Positions 30,739 to 40,153 of a DNA stretch of 55,496 nt are shown piece after piece. The notes under the pieces were generated by a model. The model was not told the origin of the DNA. It did no database searches and saw only the letters and a program-made list of their open reading frames with translations. The DNA comes from an uncultured Methylococcaceae bacterium (GTDB lineage Bacteria; Pseudomonadota; Gammaproteobacteria; Methylococcales; Methylomonadaceae): the NCBI GenBank assembly GCA_903910205.1, contig CAIVYW010000484.1, forward strand, positions 1 to 55,496, given 5' to 3'. Position 1 is the first letter of the stretch. Each line of letters begins with the position of its first letter. Both the position numbers and the translations under genes were made by a program.

Positions 30739-32187
30739 TTAAAAATACCGAGAATTTATCCAAAAATGCATGGCGATACTGGCAAAATAGCCTAGCAATA
30801 TGATTGGCATCCAGCGCATATGATAGACAAAGGTATAGCCTTCTTTGATTTGTCCTAGCAAGGCTACACCGGGCGCTGAACCTATAGCCAGCAAACTACC
30901 TCCTACACCCAGTGTTAAGGTCAACAACAACCATTGTCCAACGGGTAGATCAGGATGCATACTTAATACCGCAAACATCAAGGTACCGTTATCAACAAAA
31001 GCCGATGAAAGACCAATGGAAATATTGGCTAAGGTAGGACTAATTTGTCCGAATAGAAAATGAGCAATCACATCTAAATACCCAATAAAACTCAAAGCAC
31101 CGATCATCATCATAGCGCCATAAAAAAACAGCAGGGTATCCCAATCAACCGTACCAATATTTTTAAAGACATCAAAATCTTGTTTACGATTGATACTAGG
31201 GATTTCTACCTGAAAGAGCTCATAGACATGAGCAAATTCACTTTTTGTTTCATGAGCCGTTTTAGTTAAATAAAAGCTAAAAAACTGTAATAAACCCAAG
31301 CCTGCCATCATGCCAGCAGCCGGAGGAAGGTCTAAGTTAATATTGGACCAAACCGTCATCGCCAAGGTGACCATAAATAAAAAAATCACCCGCTTACTAC
31401 CACGACGTAGCCAAATAGTACTGGTGGAGGCTGCCGGTATTAGTTTGGGCACAAAAAAGTGCATGATAGCAGCCGGCAACATAAAATTAACCAAACAAGG
31501 AGCGGCTAAGTAAAAAAACTCATAAAAAGGCAGAATTTTATTTTGCCACATAAATAAAGTCGAAATACCGCCTAAAGGACTTAATGAGCCACCGGCATTG
31601 GTCGCTACCACGATATTGACACAAGCAATAGCGACAAAGTCTTTGTTTTTCTTACCGACCGCTGCCGCGACAGCCCCCAATAATAAAGCAACCGCCATGC
31701 CGCTAATCACGGTAGAAAGAATAAAGGCCAAGCCGCCGGTAATCCAAAATAATTGCCGATAACTGTATTGGCGATTAAGCAACCAAATTCTCAGACTATC
31801 GAATACACCTCGCTCTTCCATAGCGTTCAGATAAGTCAATGACACTAGAATGAATAAGAAAAATTCGATATAGGCTAATAAATTACTTTCAAAAGCAACT
31901 GCGGCAACCTTGGCTTCTCCATGCAGCGCATAATAAATACAAATAGCAAACCAAATAATGGCCGAACCCAACACCATAGGTTTGGATTTTCTAAGGGCGA
32001 TCACTTCTTCTGACATAGCCGCAATATAGGCTAATATAGTCACACCTATAGCCAGATAACCAACGAAATGATCGGTAATATTTAACGATTTAGCGGGACT
32101 TAAAAGGTTGGCAACATCGCCGGCAAAAGCACCAGCAGGTAACATCAAAAAAGCGAATAATAAGATTTTTAATGTATTACTGTTCAT
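30739..32187 (-). CDS. NhaD-family antiporter-like protein (paralogue A, divergent)
   Basis: LRKSKPM, TYLNAMEER, WDTLLFFYG, GVGGSLLAIGSA. Confidence 0.85.
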   Translation of the reverse strand: MNSNTLKILLFAFLMLPAGAFAGDVANLLSPAKSLNITDHFVGYLAIGVTILAYIAAMSEEVIALRKSKPMVLGSAIIWFAICIYYALHGEAKVAAVAFESNLLAYIEFFLFILVSLTYLNAMEERGVFDSLRIWLLNRQYSYRQLFWITGGLAFILSTVISGMAVALLLGAVAAAVGKKNKDFVAIACVNIVVATNAGGSLSPLGGISTLFMWQNKILPFYEFFYLAAPCLVNFMLPAAIMHFFVPKLIPAASTSTIWLRRGSKRVIFLFMVTLAMTVWSNINLDLPPAAGMMAGLGLLQFFSFYLTKTAHETKSEFAHVYELFQVEIPSINRKQDFDVFKNIGTVDWDTLLFFYGAMMMIGALSFIGYLDVIAHFLFGQISPTLANISIGLSSAFVDNGTLMFAVLSMHPDLPVGQWLLLTLTLGVGGSLLAIGSAPGVALLGQIKEGYTFVYHMRWMPIILLGYFASIAMHFWINSRYF

Positions 32188-32278
32188 TTATTTCCCATAT
32201 CACTATACGTTAATAGTTGTCACAAAGATGTTAATAAGTCGTTAATGCTTTTGCCGAAAATCAGCAGGTTATGACAGT

Positions 32279-32635
32279 TTAGTTGGTATCTTGCTCGTCT
32301 TCAGTCACATCACCGTCGATGGACCATAATTTTTCTAACTGATAAAAACCTCTAGCCTGTGTGGTCATGGCATGGACAATAACATCACCTAAATCGAGTA
32401 ACACCCAATCTGAACCGATATCACCTTCTATACCTAAAGGTCTTGCGCCTTGTTTTTTAACTTCATCAACCACGTAATCACACATTGATTTTAAATGTCT
32501 ATCCGAAGTCCCTGTGACGACTACCATATAATCTGTAAAACTGGTCTTGCCCCGTACATCTAAAACTGCAATATTATGACCTTTACGTTCGTCTAAAACA
32601 GTTTCGACGATTTTTAAAATTGCTTCTGCTTGCAT
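32279..32635 (-). CDS. rsfS: ribosome silencing factor
   Basis: GTSDRH, WVLLDLGDVIVH, FYQLEKLW. Confidence 0.95.
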   Translation of the reverse strand: MQAEAILKIVETVLDERKGHNIAVLDVRGKTSFTDYMVVVTGTSDRHLKSMCDYVVDEVKKQGARPLGIEGDIGSDWVLLDLGDVIVHAMTTQARGFYQLEKLWSIDGDVTEDEQDTN

Positions 32636-32659
32636 TCAAATTCCTAGTAAGTGATGAGA

Positions 32660-33283
32660 TCAATGTCTCTGGTATAGCTGATGCTGCCTAATGTAGGCTA
32701 ACACCGTATCGGGCAGTAAAAATCCCGGATTTTGTTGCTTAGTAATCATCTGTCTGATAGCCGTTGCCGAAATATCAAGTGGTGTCACTTGTTGAAAGTA
32801 TAACTTACCTGCCCTAGTGCTTGCCAACTCTGTTAACTGCTGACAATGCCTCGCCTTAAAAAAATCAGCCAGTGTCTCTAAAACCACGCCTGGCCTAGTC
32901 ATCACCACAATATGCGCAAAATCGAATAAATGCGGCCATTGATGCCAGCTCATCAGCTGTTTAAACGCATCAGCACCAATAAATAACAACAAGGTTTCTT
33001 GTGGATAATCGTGGCGTAAGGAGCGTAAGGTATCGACCATATAAGAGGGGCTATCACGCTCTAACTCTCTGGCATCGACGCAAAGCTCAGGGTGATGATT
33101 AATGGCCAGTTCTAACATCTGCAAACGCTCAGTAGCACTGGCGGCAGGTTCGGCTCTATGGGGCGGTTGCGCACTAGGAATTAACAGCAGTTTTGATAAA
33201 CCAAAAACCTCGTTAACCTCAAGTGCAGAGCGCAAATGACCGAAATGTATCGGATCAAAGGTACCGCCAAAAACACCTATCAT
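32660..33283 (-). CDS. nadD: nicotinate-nucleotide adenylyltransferase
   Basis: GGTFDPIHFGH and ISATAIR. Confidence 0.96.
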   Translation of the reverse strand: MIGVFGGTFDPIHFGHLRSALEVNEVFGLSKLLLIPSAQPPHRAEPAASATERLQMLELAINHHPELCVDARELERDSPSYMVDTLRSLRHDYPQETLLLFIGADAFKQLMSWHQWPHLFDFAHIVVMTRPGVVLETLADFFKARHCQQLTELASTRAGKLYFQQVTPLDISATAIRQMITKQQNPGFLLPDTVLAYIRQHQLYQRH

Positions 33284-33317
33284 TTAGGCTACCAACTTAA
33301 CACAGAACAGTAAGTAT

Positions 33318-33439
33318 ATCGTTCCCACGCTCTGCGTAGGAATGCCGCAGGTGACGCTCTGCGTCACGCATCGCAGGAGCGATGCTAGATGCGTTCCCAC
33401 GCAGAGCGTGGGAACGCTAAAACAGAGCCTAGGAACGAT
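33318..33439. repeat. REP cluster of the ATCGTTCCCACGCTCTGCG family
   Basis: inverted arms CGTTCCCACGCTCTGCG / CGCAGAGCGTGGGAACG with internal palindromes GTGACGC-TCT-GCGTCAC and GCATCGC...GCGATGC. Confidence 0.85.
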
Positions 33440-33443
33440 AAAG

Positions 33444-34700
33444 TTAGTGCCTGATATGGCCGTCACCTAAAACAATATACTTTAGCGAGGTCAGCCCGAT
33501 TAAGCCCACTGGGCCACGCGCATGTAGCTTATTGGTACTAATGCCGATTTCAGCGCCCAAGCCATATTCAAAACCATCAGCAAAACGTGTAGAGGCATTC
33601 ACCATCACCGAACTAGAATCCACTTCACGCAGAAAACGCCGCGCTTTAGTGTAATCTTCGGTGACTATCGCTTCAGTATGGCTAGAACTATAATGATTAA
33701 TATGCGCTATCGCCTCGTCGAGATCATGGACACACTTAATCGCTAAAATCGGCGCTAAATATTCAGTCTGCCAATCGTCTTCCGTCGCTCTTGAGCAATG
33801 AGCAATAATAGAACAAGTTTTAAGACAGCCCCGTAGTTCCACACCCTTTTCAAGGTAGCTAGCCGCTAATAAAGGTAAGACCTGCACGGCGATACTTTCC
33901 GCGACCAGCAAAGTTTCCATCGCATTACAAACGCCATAACGATGCGTTTTAGCATTAACGGCAATAGCAATGGCTTTAGCAATATCGGCTTTATCATCAA
34001 TATAGACATGACAAATACCATCTAAATGTTTAATGACCGGAATAGTGGCCTCTTTAGCAATACGTTCAATTAAGCTTTTACCACCGCGCGGCACAATGAC
34101 ATCCACATACTGTTGCAGGGTAATGAGTTCACCGACCGCTGCTCGATCCGTGGTTGCTACAACCTGCACCGCCGTAATCGGTAAACCAGCAACCGCCAAG
34201 CCCTCACTAATACAGGCAGCAATAGCCTGATTAGAATGTAAGGATTCAGAGCCGCCTCTTAAAATACAGGCATTGCCTGATTTAAGACATAAGGCGGCCG
34301 CATCGACCGTTACATTAGGACGTGATTCATAAATAATGCCAATAACCCCCAAAGGCACCCGCATTTGTCCAACTTGTATGCCACTAGGCTGATAACTTAA
34401 GCCGCTAATTTCACCGACAGGATCAGGCAACGCGGCAATTTGCTGTAAGCCGACAATCATGGCGTTGATGCCACTAGGTGTTAAAGCCAGTCTATCAAGG
34501 GAGGCCGCATCTAAGCCATTAAGCTGACCTGCGGCTAAATCTTTTTGGTTTTCAGAGATTAATAGCGCCTGTTGTTTATGTAAAGCCTCGGCAATAGCCA
34601 ACAGCGCTTGATTCTTTTTGCCGGTATCTGCACGACTGAGAATGCGTCCAGCGGCTCTGGCTTGCAAGCCTAAGCCTTGCATATAGTCTTTAATTTCCAT
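33444..34700 (-). CDS. proA: gamma-glutamyl phosphate reductase
   Basis: [34 protein letters not shown]. Confidence 0.97.
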   Translation of the reverse strand: MEIKDYMQGLGLQARAAGRILSRADTGKKNQALLAIAEALHKQQALLISENQKDLAAGQLNGLDAASLDRLALTPSGINAMIVGLQQIAALPDPVGEISGLSYQPSGIQVGQMRVPLGVIGIIYESRPNVTVDAAALCLKSGNACILRGGSESLHSNQAIAACISEGLAVAGLPITAVQVVATTDRAAVGELITLQQYVDVIVPRGGKSLIERIAKEATIPVIKHLDGICHVYIDDKADIAKAIAIAVNAKTHRYGVCNAMETLLVAESIAVQVLPLLAASYLEKGVELRGCLKTCSIIAHCSRATEDDWQTEYLAPILAIKCVHDLDEAIAHINHYSSSHTEAIVTEDYTKARRFLREVDSSSVMVNASTRFADGFEYGLGAEIGISTNKLHARGPVGLIGLTSLKYIVLGDGHIRH

Positions 34701-34839
34701 GCCAACTCATAAACGGGATTTATACAGGCGGCAATTATAGCGTTAAAAGCGCTTTAATAACAGGCTTTAAGCAAGCAAATCACGGCTATTAAACGACTTT
34801 CTAATACATAGCCTAATTAATAATAGGGTGGTGATGGCT

Positions 34840-34939
34840 CGTAAGGGCGTATTGCATGCACCCTATATAAATACACCCTATTAAATAAACCGATAACATT
34901 GAGCTTTCGATAAAAGGGCGTATGCAATACGCCCCTACG
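34840..34939. repeat. REP doublet (GGGCGTATTGCAT type)
   Basis: CGTAAGGGCGTATTGCAT ... ATGCAATACGCCCCTACG inverted arms. Confidence 0.75.
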
Positions 34940-34940
34940 G

Positions 34941-35032
34941 CAATGTCATGAAATTAAGGGTTCTTGTAGTAGTGTGGGAGTGGCTTTAGCCGCGAGTGCG
35001 TGGATAAAGCCTCTGCTAACTTAATGGTAGTA
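34941..35032. mobile_element. degenerate IS4-like MITE shell carrying a different REP
   Basis: left end CAATGTCATGAAATTAAG (14/18 match to CACTGCCATTAAGTTAAG), right end TAACTTAATGGTAGT; cargo GTGGGAGTGGCTTTAGCCGCGA. Confidence 0.55.
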
Positions 35033-35279
35033 AAGTTATGTGTGGTTGCATTACCTGACAGTGCGCATGGAAAATAAAAGAGAGCAAGGGAACTATAAAA
35101 AACTAAATCACTCCACTTTGTTGTTCTAGGTGTTTTTACGGATAGCACTAACTTCAACTATCCATTAAGCTATCTCCGTATTTGAAAACGCTTAAAACTA
35201 AATTTTTACCTTTAATAGCCATTGACTTACCTTTTCATCAAACTTTAAAAACTCAGTTCACTTTACTCTCAGGATATTA

Positions 35280-35759
35280 ATGAAAACTCAATATACTAAA
35301 CTACAACAAGGTTTTACCTTAATCGAGCTGATGATCGTAGTCGCGATTATTGGTATTTTGGCGGCTATTGCGTTGCCGGCTTATCAGGATTATATCGCCA
35401 GAGCTCAAATGTCAGAGGCGATGGTGTTGGCGGATGGTTTGAAGACGCCGGTGACTGAAATTTATAGTCAAACTGGAACTTGTCCTGATAACTCTACTAC
35501 TTCAAATTCAACTGGACTTCCTCAAGACATAGCGATTTCAGGCAAATATGTGGCAAAAGTTACTGCGGGACCATCTGGAGGAGCGGCAACTGCATCATGT
35601 ACTATTGTTTCAACAATGAATTCATCAGGCGTCTCTGCAGGAATTCAAAGTAAAACTTTAACACTGACTATGGGATCGTCTACAACTGGTTCCACAACTT
35701 GGAACTGTACTTCATCAGCAGATCAAAAATACTTGCCTTCTGCTTGTACTCATAGCTAA
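35280..35759 (+). CDS. pilA: type IVa major pilin
   Basis: QQG|[27 protein letters not shown]; C-terminal Cys pair; ends in Ser. Confidence 0.93.
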   Translation: MKTQYTKLQQGFTLIELMIVVAIIGILAAIALPAYQDYIARAQMSEAMVLADGLKTPVTEIYSQTGTCPDNSTTSNSTGLPQDIAISGKYVAKVTAGPSGGAATASCTIVSTMNSSGVSAGIQSKTLTLTMGSSTTGSTTWNCTSSADQKYLPSACTHS

Positions 35760-35770
35760 TTTATTTTTAT

Positions 35771-35880
35771 CAACCTGTAAGATGTAGCCGAAACCCATCA
35801 TAAACATCCGATGTGATTAATGTGTTTTGTTATTTCATCATCTGATGGGTTTCGCTATCGCTCTACCCATCCTACCAACT
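35771..35880. repeat. GTAG-type REP doublet, copy 1 (left of the O-OTase gene)
   Basis: CGAAACCCATCA ... TGATGGGTTTCG arms; near-identical to 37312-37433 but lacks 11 bp of the left arm. Confidence 0.85.
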
Positions 35881-35900
35881 AAAAAGCATGATTCACTGTC

Positions 35901-37355
35901 ATGAGCCGATATCTTAGCTGGCTAGCCATGTCTCTCGTGTTGTACTTGGTGATTTTTTCACTCAATTATAATGTGCTAGGCTATTTATCTAGTCATGATG
36001 AAAAACGCTTGCTTGAGTTGTTACTTATTAGCCTAGCCTTGTTATGGCTTATCATGACGAGCTTAGAAGCTAAGGATTGTCTTCCCATTTGGAAAACCCG
36101 CTACCATCTCACCCTGACGCTAGTCATCATCCTAGCGATTATTTCAGCCTTATTATCTGCCTCACCTAGCCATGCCTTGTTGGAAATCAGTGTCTTTGTA
36201 GGGCTGTTTTATTTGAGTCTGTTCATGGCCGCCTTATGGCGACAATACTCATTACTACTGGTACACGTTTGGGTTTATGCTCTATTTCTGGGTGCACTAT
36301 TTTATATGGTGGCTTTTTATACGGGCTATATAGCCTCATTTATAACCGCCATGCCACTGCATTGGCCTGAACCTTTTTTTGGTTTTTCTAATGTGCGCTT
36401 TTTTAATCAATATCAATTATGGACTTTGGCACTGCTGTGTTTGCCTAGCCTAAGCTTTACAGTCAGGCATCCTCTTGTTCGTCGCAGCTTATCGGTCATT
36501 TTCTCTGCTTGGTGGCTGTTGTTATTCGCTTCGGCCAGTCGTGGTGTTTTATTGGCTTGGTTATGCGCCGTCATATTAACAGGCATCGGTTATCGACAAC
36601 TGGCCTGGCCTTTATTAAAACGTCAATTCATGGGCTTTAGTGTTGGTCTGTTAGCTTATTGCCTACTCTTTAAAGCCCTGCCTCTTTTATTAAAGGGCGG
36701 GCTTATAACAAGTACGGTTTTTAGAAATTCAACCTATGATCGGCTAGATTTGTGGCAACAAGCACTGACTATGATACAAAACCACCCTTGGTTTGGTGTA
36801 GGCCCTATGCATTATGCTTATTACCCTAATACCATTGCCGCTCATCCTCACAATAGTATTTTGCAATTAGCAGCCGAATGGGGCTTGCTGGCAACAGGAT
36901 TACTACTGTTAGTGGCTACTCAAGGGCTGTTTTGTTGGTTACAACGTTTTACTATAAAAACCTTACAAACGTCTGAGCACCAGCATTTAGTGATCGTTTT
37001 GTTTTTCACCCTGATTGCTTGCGCCAGTTATTCCTTAGTTGACGGTGTGCTGGTTATGCCACTAAGTCAAGTGATGATGGCATTGGTGATAGGTTTGATG
37101 ATAGGGTTATATTATGATCAATCAGATAAGAATTTGCGTAAACCTCATATCAGCCAACAAGTTTTTGCAGCAATAACTTTGATAACGATGTTATGGTCAG
37201 CATGGCCAGAATTATTACCACGACTATTAGATAACCAAACCCAGATTCCTAGAGGTTATCAAACAATAGGGCCACGCTTTTGGCAAGAAGGTGGAATTCG
37301 CCATGAATTTACAACCCGTAAGATGGGTAGAGGCGATAGCCGAAACCCATCATAA
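35901..37355 (+). CDS. O-antigen-ligase-family (Wzy_C) pilin O-oligosaccharyltransferase, TfpO/PilO-like
   Basis: multi-TM; SASRG, RLDLWQQA..MI..HPWFGVG, AHPHN..LQLAAEWG; directly after a pilin ending in Ser. Confidence 0.8.
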   Translation: MSRYLSWLAMSLVLYLVIFSLNYNVLGYLSSHDEKRLLELLLISLALLWLIMTSLEAKDCLPIWKTRYHLTLTLVIILAIISALLSASPSHALLEISVFVGLFYLSLFMAALWRQYSLLLVHVWVYALFLGALFYMVAFYTGYIASFITAMPLHWPEPFFGFSNVRFFNQYQLWTLALLCLPSLSFTVRHPLVRRSLSVIFSAWWLLLFASASRGVLLAWLCAVILTGIGYRQLAWPLLKRQFMGFSVGLLAYCLLFKALPLLLKGGLITSTVFRNSTYDRLDLWQQALTMIQNHPWFGVGPMHYAYYPNTIAAHPHNSILQLAAEWGLLATGLLLLVATQGLFCWLQRFTIKTLQTSEHQHLVIVLFFTLIACASYSLVDGVLVMPLSQVMMALVIGLMIGLYYDQSDKNLRKPHISQQVFAAITLITMLWSAWPELLPRLLDNQTQIPRGYQTIGPRFWQEGGIRHEFTTRKMGRGDSRNPS

Positions 37356-37433
37356 CCATCCGATGTGCTTAATGTGTTTTGTTATTTCATCATCCTGATG
37401 GGTTTCGCTATCGCTCTAGCCATCCTACCAACT
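37312..37433. repeat. GTAG-type REP doublet, copy 2 (overlaps the O-OTase 3' end)
   Basis: direct repeat of 35771-35880 including the spacer; supplies the last codons and the stop of the OTase. Confidence 0.85.
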
Positions 37434-37547
37434 GACCCTCACTTGGATATTTCCTCGTGGGGGTTTTTATGTTCGACTATTTTAAATATTACCTGTATTT
37501 GGTGGATTGCTGTCGAGAAACCACCCTACCTGTCGACATAACAAACT

Positions 37548-38084
37548 TTGGTAGTGTTACCTGTCACCTTGACAAAAGCACCTGTTAATTTGCCAGCGTT
37601 ACCGGTCCATTTCACAAAAGCACCTGTGATTTTGCTAGCGTTACCGCTACATTCCACAAAAGTACCTGTAATTTTGTCAGCGTTACCGGCTCATTTCACA
37701 AAAATACCTAGGATTTTGTCAGCGTTACCAGCTCATTTCACAAAAACACCCGGGATTTTGTCAGCGTTACCAGCTCATTTCACAAAAACACCCGGGATTT
37801 TGTCAGCGTTATCGGCTCATTTCACAAAAATACCTAGGATTTTGTCAGCGTTACCAGCTCATTTCACAAAAATACCTAGGATTTTGTCAGCGTTATCGGT
37901 CCATTTCACAAAAATACCTAGGATTTTGTCAGCGTTACCGGCTCATTTCACAAAAACACCTGAGATTTTGCCAGCATTACCTGTCATGCTCACAAAAAAT
38001 CGGCTAACTTTACCAATATTGTTGGTTAAATTGGCAATATGGCTGGTGATGTTGAGTGAAATTGAGCCTCAACATGACGTTTAA
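37548..38084 (+). CDS. possible 14-aa-repeat protein (LPAHFTKIPRILSA)n
   Basis: only frame open across the whole array, but TTG start with no clear RBS. Confidence 0.25.
   Translation: MVVLPVTLTKAPVNLPALPVHFTKAPVILLALPLHSTKVPVILSALPAHFTKIPRILSALPAHFTKTPGILSALPAHFTKTPGILSALSAHFTKIPRILSALPAHFTKIPRILSALSVHFTKIPRILSALPAHFTKTPEILPALPVMLTKNRLTLPILLVKLAIWLVMLSEIEPQHDV
37557..38018. repeat. 42-bp tandem array, about 11 units, with a 21-bp sub-period
   Basis: units start at 37557+42n; core TTACCAGCTCATTTCACAAAAATACCTAGGATTTTGTCAGCG; central units near-identical, edge units degenerate. Confidence 0.95.
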
Positions 38085-38112
38085 GTGATTTTTTTAAAAA
38101 GATCATAAGCCC

Positions 38113-38886
38113 TTAATCAACGCGATCTACTTTAATCAACACATGCTGAGTATTTTTGTCGATTTCGCGCGTATCCATTGAGGTACCACTCATATTACCA
38201 CTAGGATTTTGTCCCTCACCTCCCAACTCCACCCATTCACCTAAATTAATTCTAAGTGTTGATTGAGCTTGCTGAGCTTTGATCTGCCCTTGTCCATTCA
38301 TAGTTTCTGACCAAGGCGAAACATTCAGTAGCACCTGCTGCCCAACCAATCTAGGTGTAACTGAAAATCCAGTACTGGTTTCTTTATATTGTGTCGTGGT
38401 AGGGTAACCATAAGCTGAGAAATTTTGCTGTGGATTACTTTGCCCTACCTTAATAAAAGCCGGTACGCCTTCTAAGGTGCGCACTACATGCGTCGCTTCA
38501 TCATCGCCTTGAGCTTGAGTTTGATAAAAATGAGCAATATTGCTGTTTGATTTTCTAGGATCACTACTTACAATGCCAGCAGCCATATTAAGCTGATCTG
38601 CTGTTACTTGCTGACTCTCCATCACACTAACCATTAAATTAGTTTGGCGCACATCCAGTTTCTGGATCAGAGCTTTGACGTCCTTCAATTGATCTGGCGC
38701 AGCTTTGACCAGTAAACTAGTTCCATTATCGACAAGCTGAACAGAATTATCGAGTAAGGGAGTTAATAGCGCGATGATCTCGCTGGCGGGTCGATTGCTT
38801 ATTGGGACTATTTGGATGTCAGAATTATCGGCTGATGCAGCATTACACAGCAAACTTATCATTATTAACGCTAAAATCTTTATCAC
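38113..38886 (-). CDS. short secretin-like protein (NolW-type N domain)
   Basis: signal peptide, RPASEII..L.PLL, LIQKLDV, TGFSVTPRL, LGEWVELGG. Confidence 0.75.
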   Translation of the reverse strand: MIKILALIMISLLCNAASADNSDIQIVPISNRPASEIIALLTPLLDNSVQLVDNGTSLLVKAAPDQLKDVKALIQKLDVRQTNLMVSVMESQQVTADQLNMAAGIVSSDPRKSNSNIAHFYQTQAQGDDEATHVVRTLEGVPAFIKVGQSNPQQNFSAYGYPTTTQYKETSTGFSVTPRLVGQQVLLNVSPWSETMNGQGQIKAQQAQSTLRINLGEWVELGGEGQNPSGNMSGTSMDTREIDKNTQHVLIKVDRVD

Positions 38887-38935
38887 AGCTATTATCTCCG
38901 TTTAAAAAAACCATTATACGTTCACAGACTCCGCG

Positions 38936-39158
38936 CTCATCGTTATACACTAATGTTAAGTAAACCGTCATCCCGGCAGGGAGAGCACAGCGAGGGTTGG
39001 CCGGGATCCAGAGCACAGGGATGTGAAAAATAAGATCAAGTTAGCTTCATATCGCTAAATCTTTATTTGTGTAACTTAACATTGCCATCCATGGCAACTG
39101 GATCCCGGCAATCCCTGCCGGGATGACGTGCTTTTAAAAACTTGTGTATAACGATGAG
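38936..39158. mobile_element. 223-bp MITE with a CGTC-type REP doublet as cargo
   Basis: perfect 15-bp IR CTCATCGTTATACAC/GTGTATAACGATGAG; cargo CGTCATCCCGGCAGGGA ... TCCCTGCCGGGATGACG; degenerate 9-bp target duplication. Confidence 0.75.
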
Positions 39159-39240
39159 CGCTCTGCGTGGAAATACATCCTGCATCGCTCCGGCGATGCG
39201 TGACGCAGAGCGTCTATGGCGGCATTCCCAAGCAGAGCGT

Positions 39241-39362
39241 CACTGCCATTAAGTTAAGGAATCTGTATATTTGGAGTAAAACTGCTTTAGCTGTTTTAAA
39301 ACACAATAGCTGAAGCTATTGCACTCCAAGCTTTTACTTTTTCGCTTAACTTAATGGCAGTG
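39241..39362. mobile_element. 122-bp IS4-like MITE with REP cargo
   Basis: perfect 18-bp IR CACTGCCATTAAGTTAAG; perfect 11-bp flanking direct repeat AAGCAGAGCGT (39230-39240 and 39363-39373). Confidence 0.85.
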
Positions 39363-39395
39363 AAGCAGAGCGTGGGAACGATAATTTCTAAAGTT

Positions 39396-39616
39396 CCTCT
39401 AGTTTCCAAGCTCCAATTTGGGAACTAGGGGCGACCTGTCCCTACACTTCTCAGCTTCAGCTCAGCCTTTTAAAACAGCTGAAGCTGTTTTACTCCAAGT
39501 TATGTAGGTTGGGCTGCGTGCTTTTCGCAACCCAACATGATCTTCAGGCAATGTTGTTGGGTTAACGATAAAGCCGTTAGCCCAACCTACTACTCCAAGC
39601 ACACCGTAATGGCAGT
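39396..39616. repeat. further stacked REP-like elements
   Basis: CTAGTTTCCAAG...TTTGGGAACTAG hairpin; AGCTTCAGCT/AGCTGAAGCT element; GTAGGTTGGG...CCCAACCTAC doublet (39504-39590) between two TACTCCAAG copies; orphan IR end TAATGGCAGTG. Confidence 0.7.
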
Positions 39617-39655
39617 GACGCTTCGTGTGGTAAAGACAATCGATTTACATACAAC

Positions 39656-40153
39656 TCAATCTTTCGCTTTACCTACACCAAACGACTCCAACAACATTAA
39701 CACTACCCCTAAGGTAATCGCAGAATCGGCTATATTAAAGGCCGGCCAATGCCAAGAGGGTATATAAACATCCAGAAAATCGATGACATAACCGTAAGCC
39801 AGCCTATCAATTAAATTACCTATCGCCCCACCTAAGACCAAGGACAGCGCTACCCCCAGCAGAGTCTCATGGATTTCTAGTCGAGACAGCCATATCGCAA
39901 TCACGGTACTAATGATGATAGCTAAGGCTGCAAAAAACCAGCGTTGCCAGCCGCCGGCTTCACTTAAGAAACTAAAAGCGGCCCCGGTATTATGCACATA
40001 GGTTAAATTAACACCGGACATGATATGAATGGATTCATAAAGCTGCATGCTACCCGACACCCACAACTTAGTGGCTTGATCTAAACTCACCGCCAATAAC
40101 GATAAACCTAACCATTTCAACATAGGATACTTAGGCATAATGTCTATGCTCAC
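39656..40153 (-). CDS. lspA: lipoprotein signal peptidase
   Basis: [29 protein letters not shown]. Confidence 0.96.
   Translation of the reverse strand: MSIDIMPKYPMLKWLGLSLLAVSLDQATKLWVSGSMQLYESIHIMSGVNLTYVHNTGAAFSFLSEAGGWQRWFFAALAIIISTVIAIWLSRLEIHETLLGVALSLVLGGAIGNLIDRLAYGYVIDFLDVYIPSWHWPAFNIADSAITLGVVLMLLESFGVGKAKD

Larger units (their letters stand above)
38918..39382. repeat. host REP cluster (CGTTCCCACGCTCTGCG family) interrupted by two MITEs
   Basis: removing the two inserts leaves an element like 33318-33416, ending CAGAGCGTGGGAACGAT. Confidence 0.7.

Noticed and set aside
33284-33466. 60-aa ORF between proA and nadD
   Set aside because: consists almost entirely of REP palindromes
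34954-35157. 67-aa ORF upstream of pilA
   Set aside because: runs through a MITE/REP remnant and the likely pilA promoter region; no recognisable protein features
37557-38018. CRISPR array
   Set aside because: units are contiguous with no unique spacers, and there are no cas genes in the window
39537-39767. 76-aa ORF
   Set aside because: half REP sequence, half antisense to lspA
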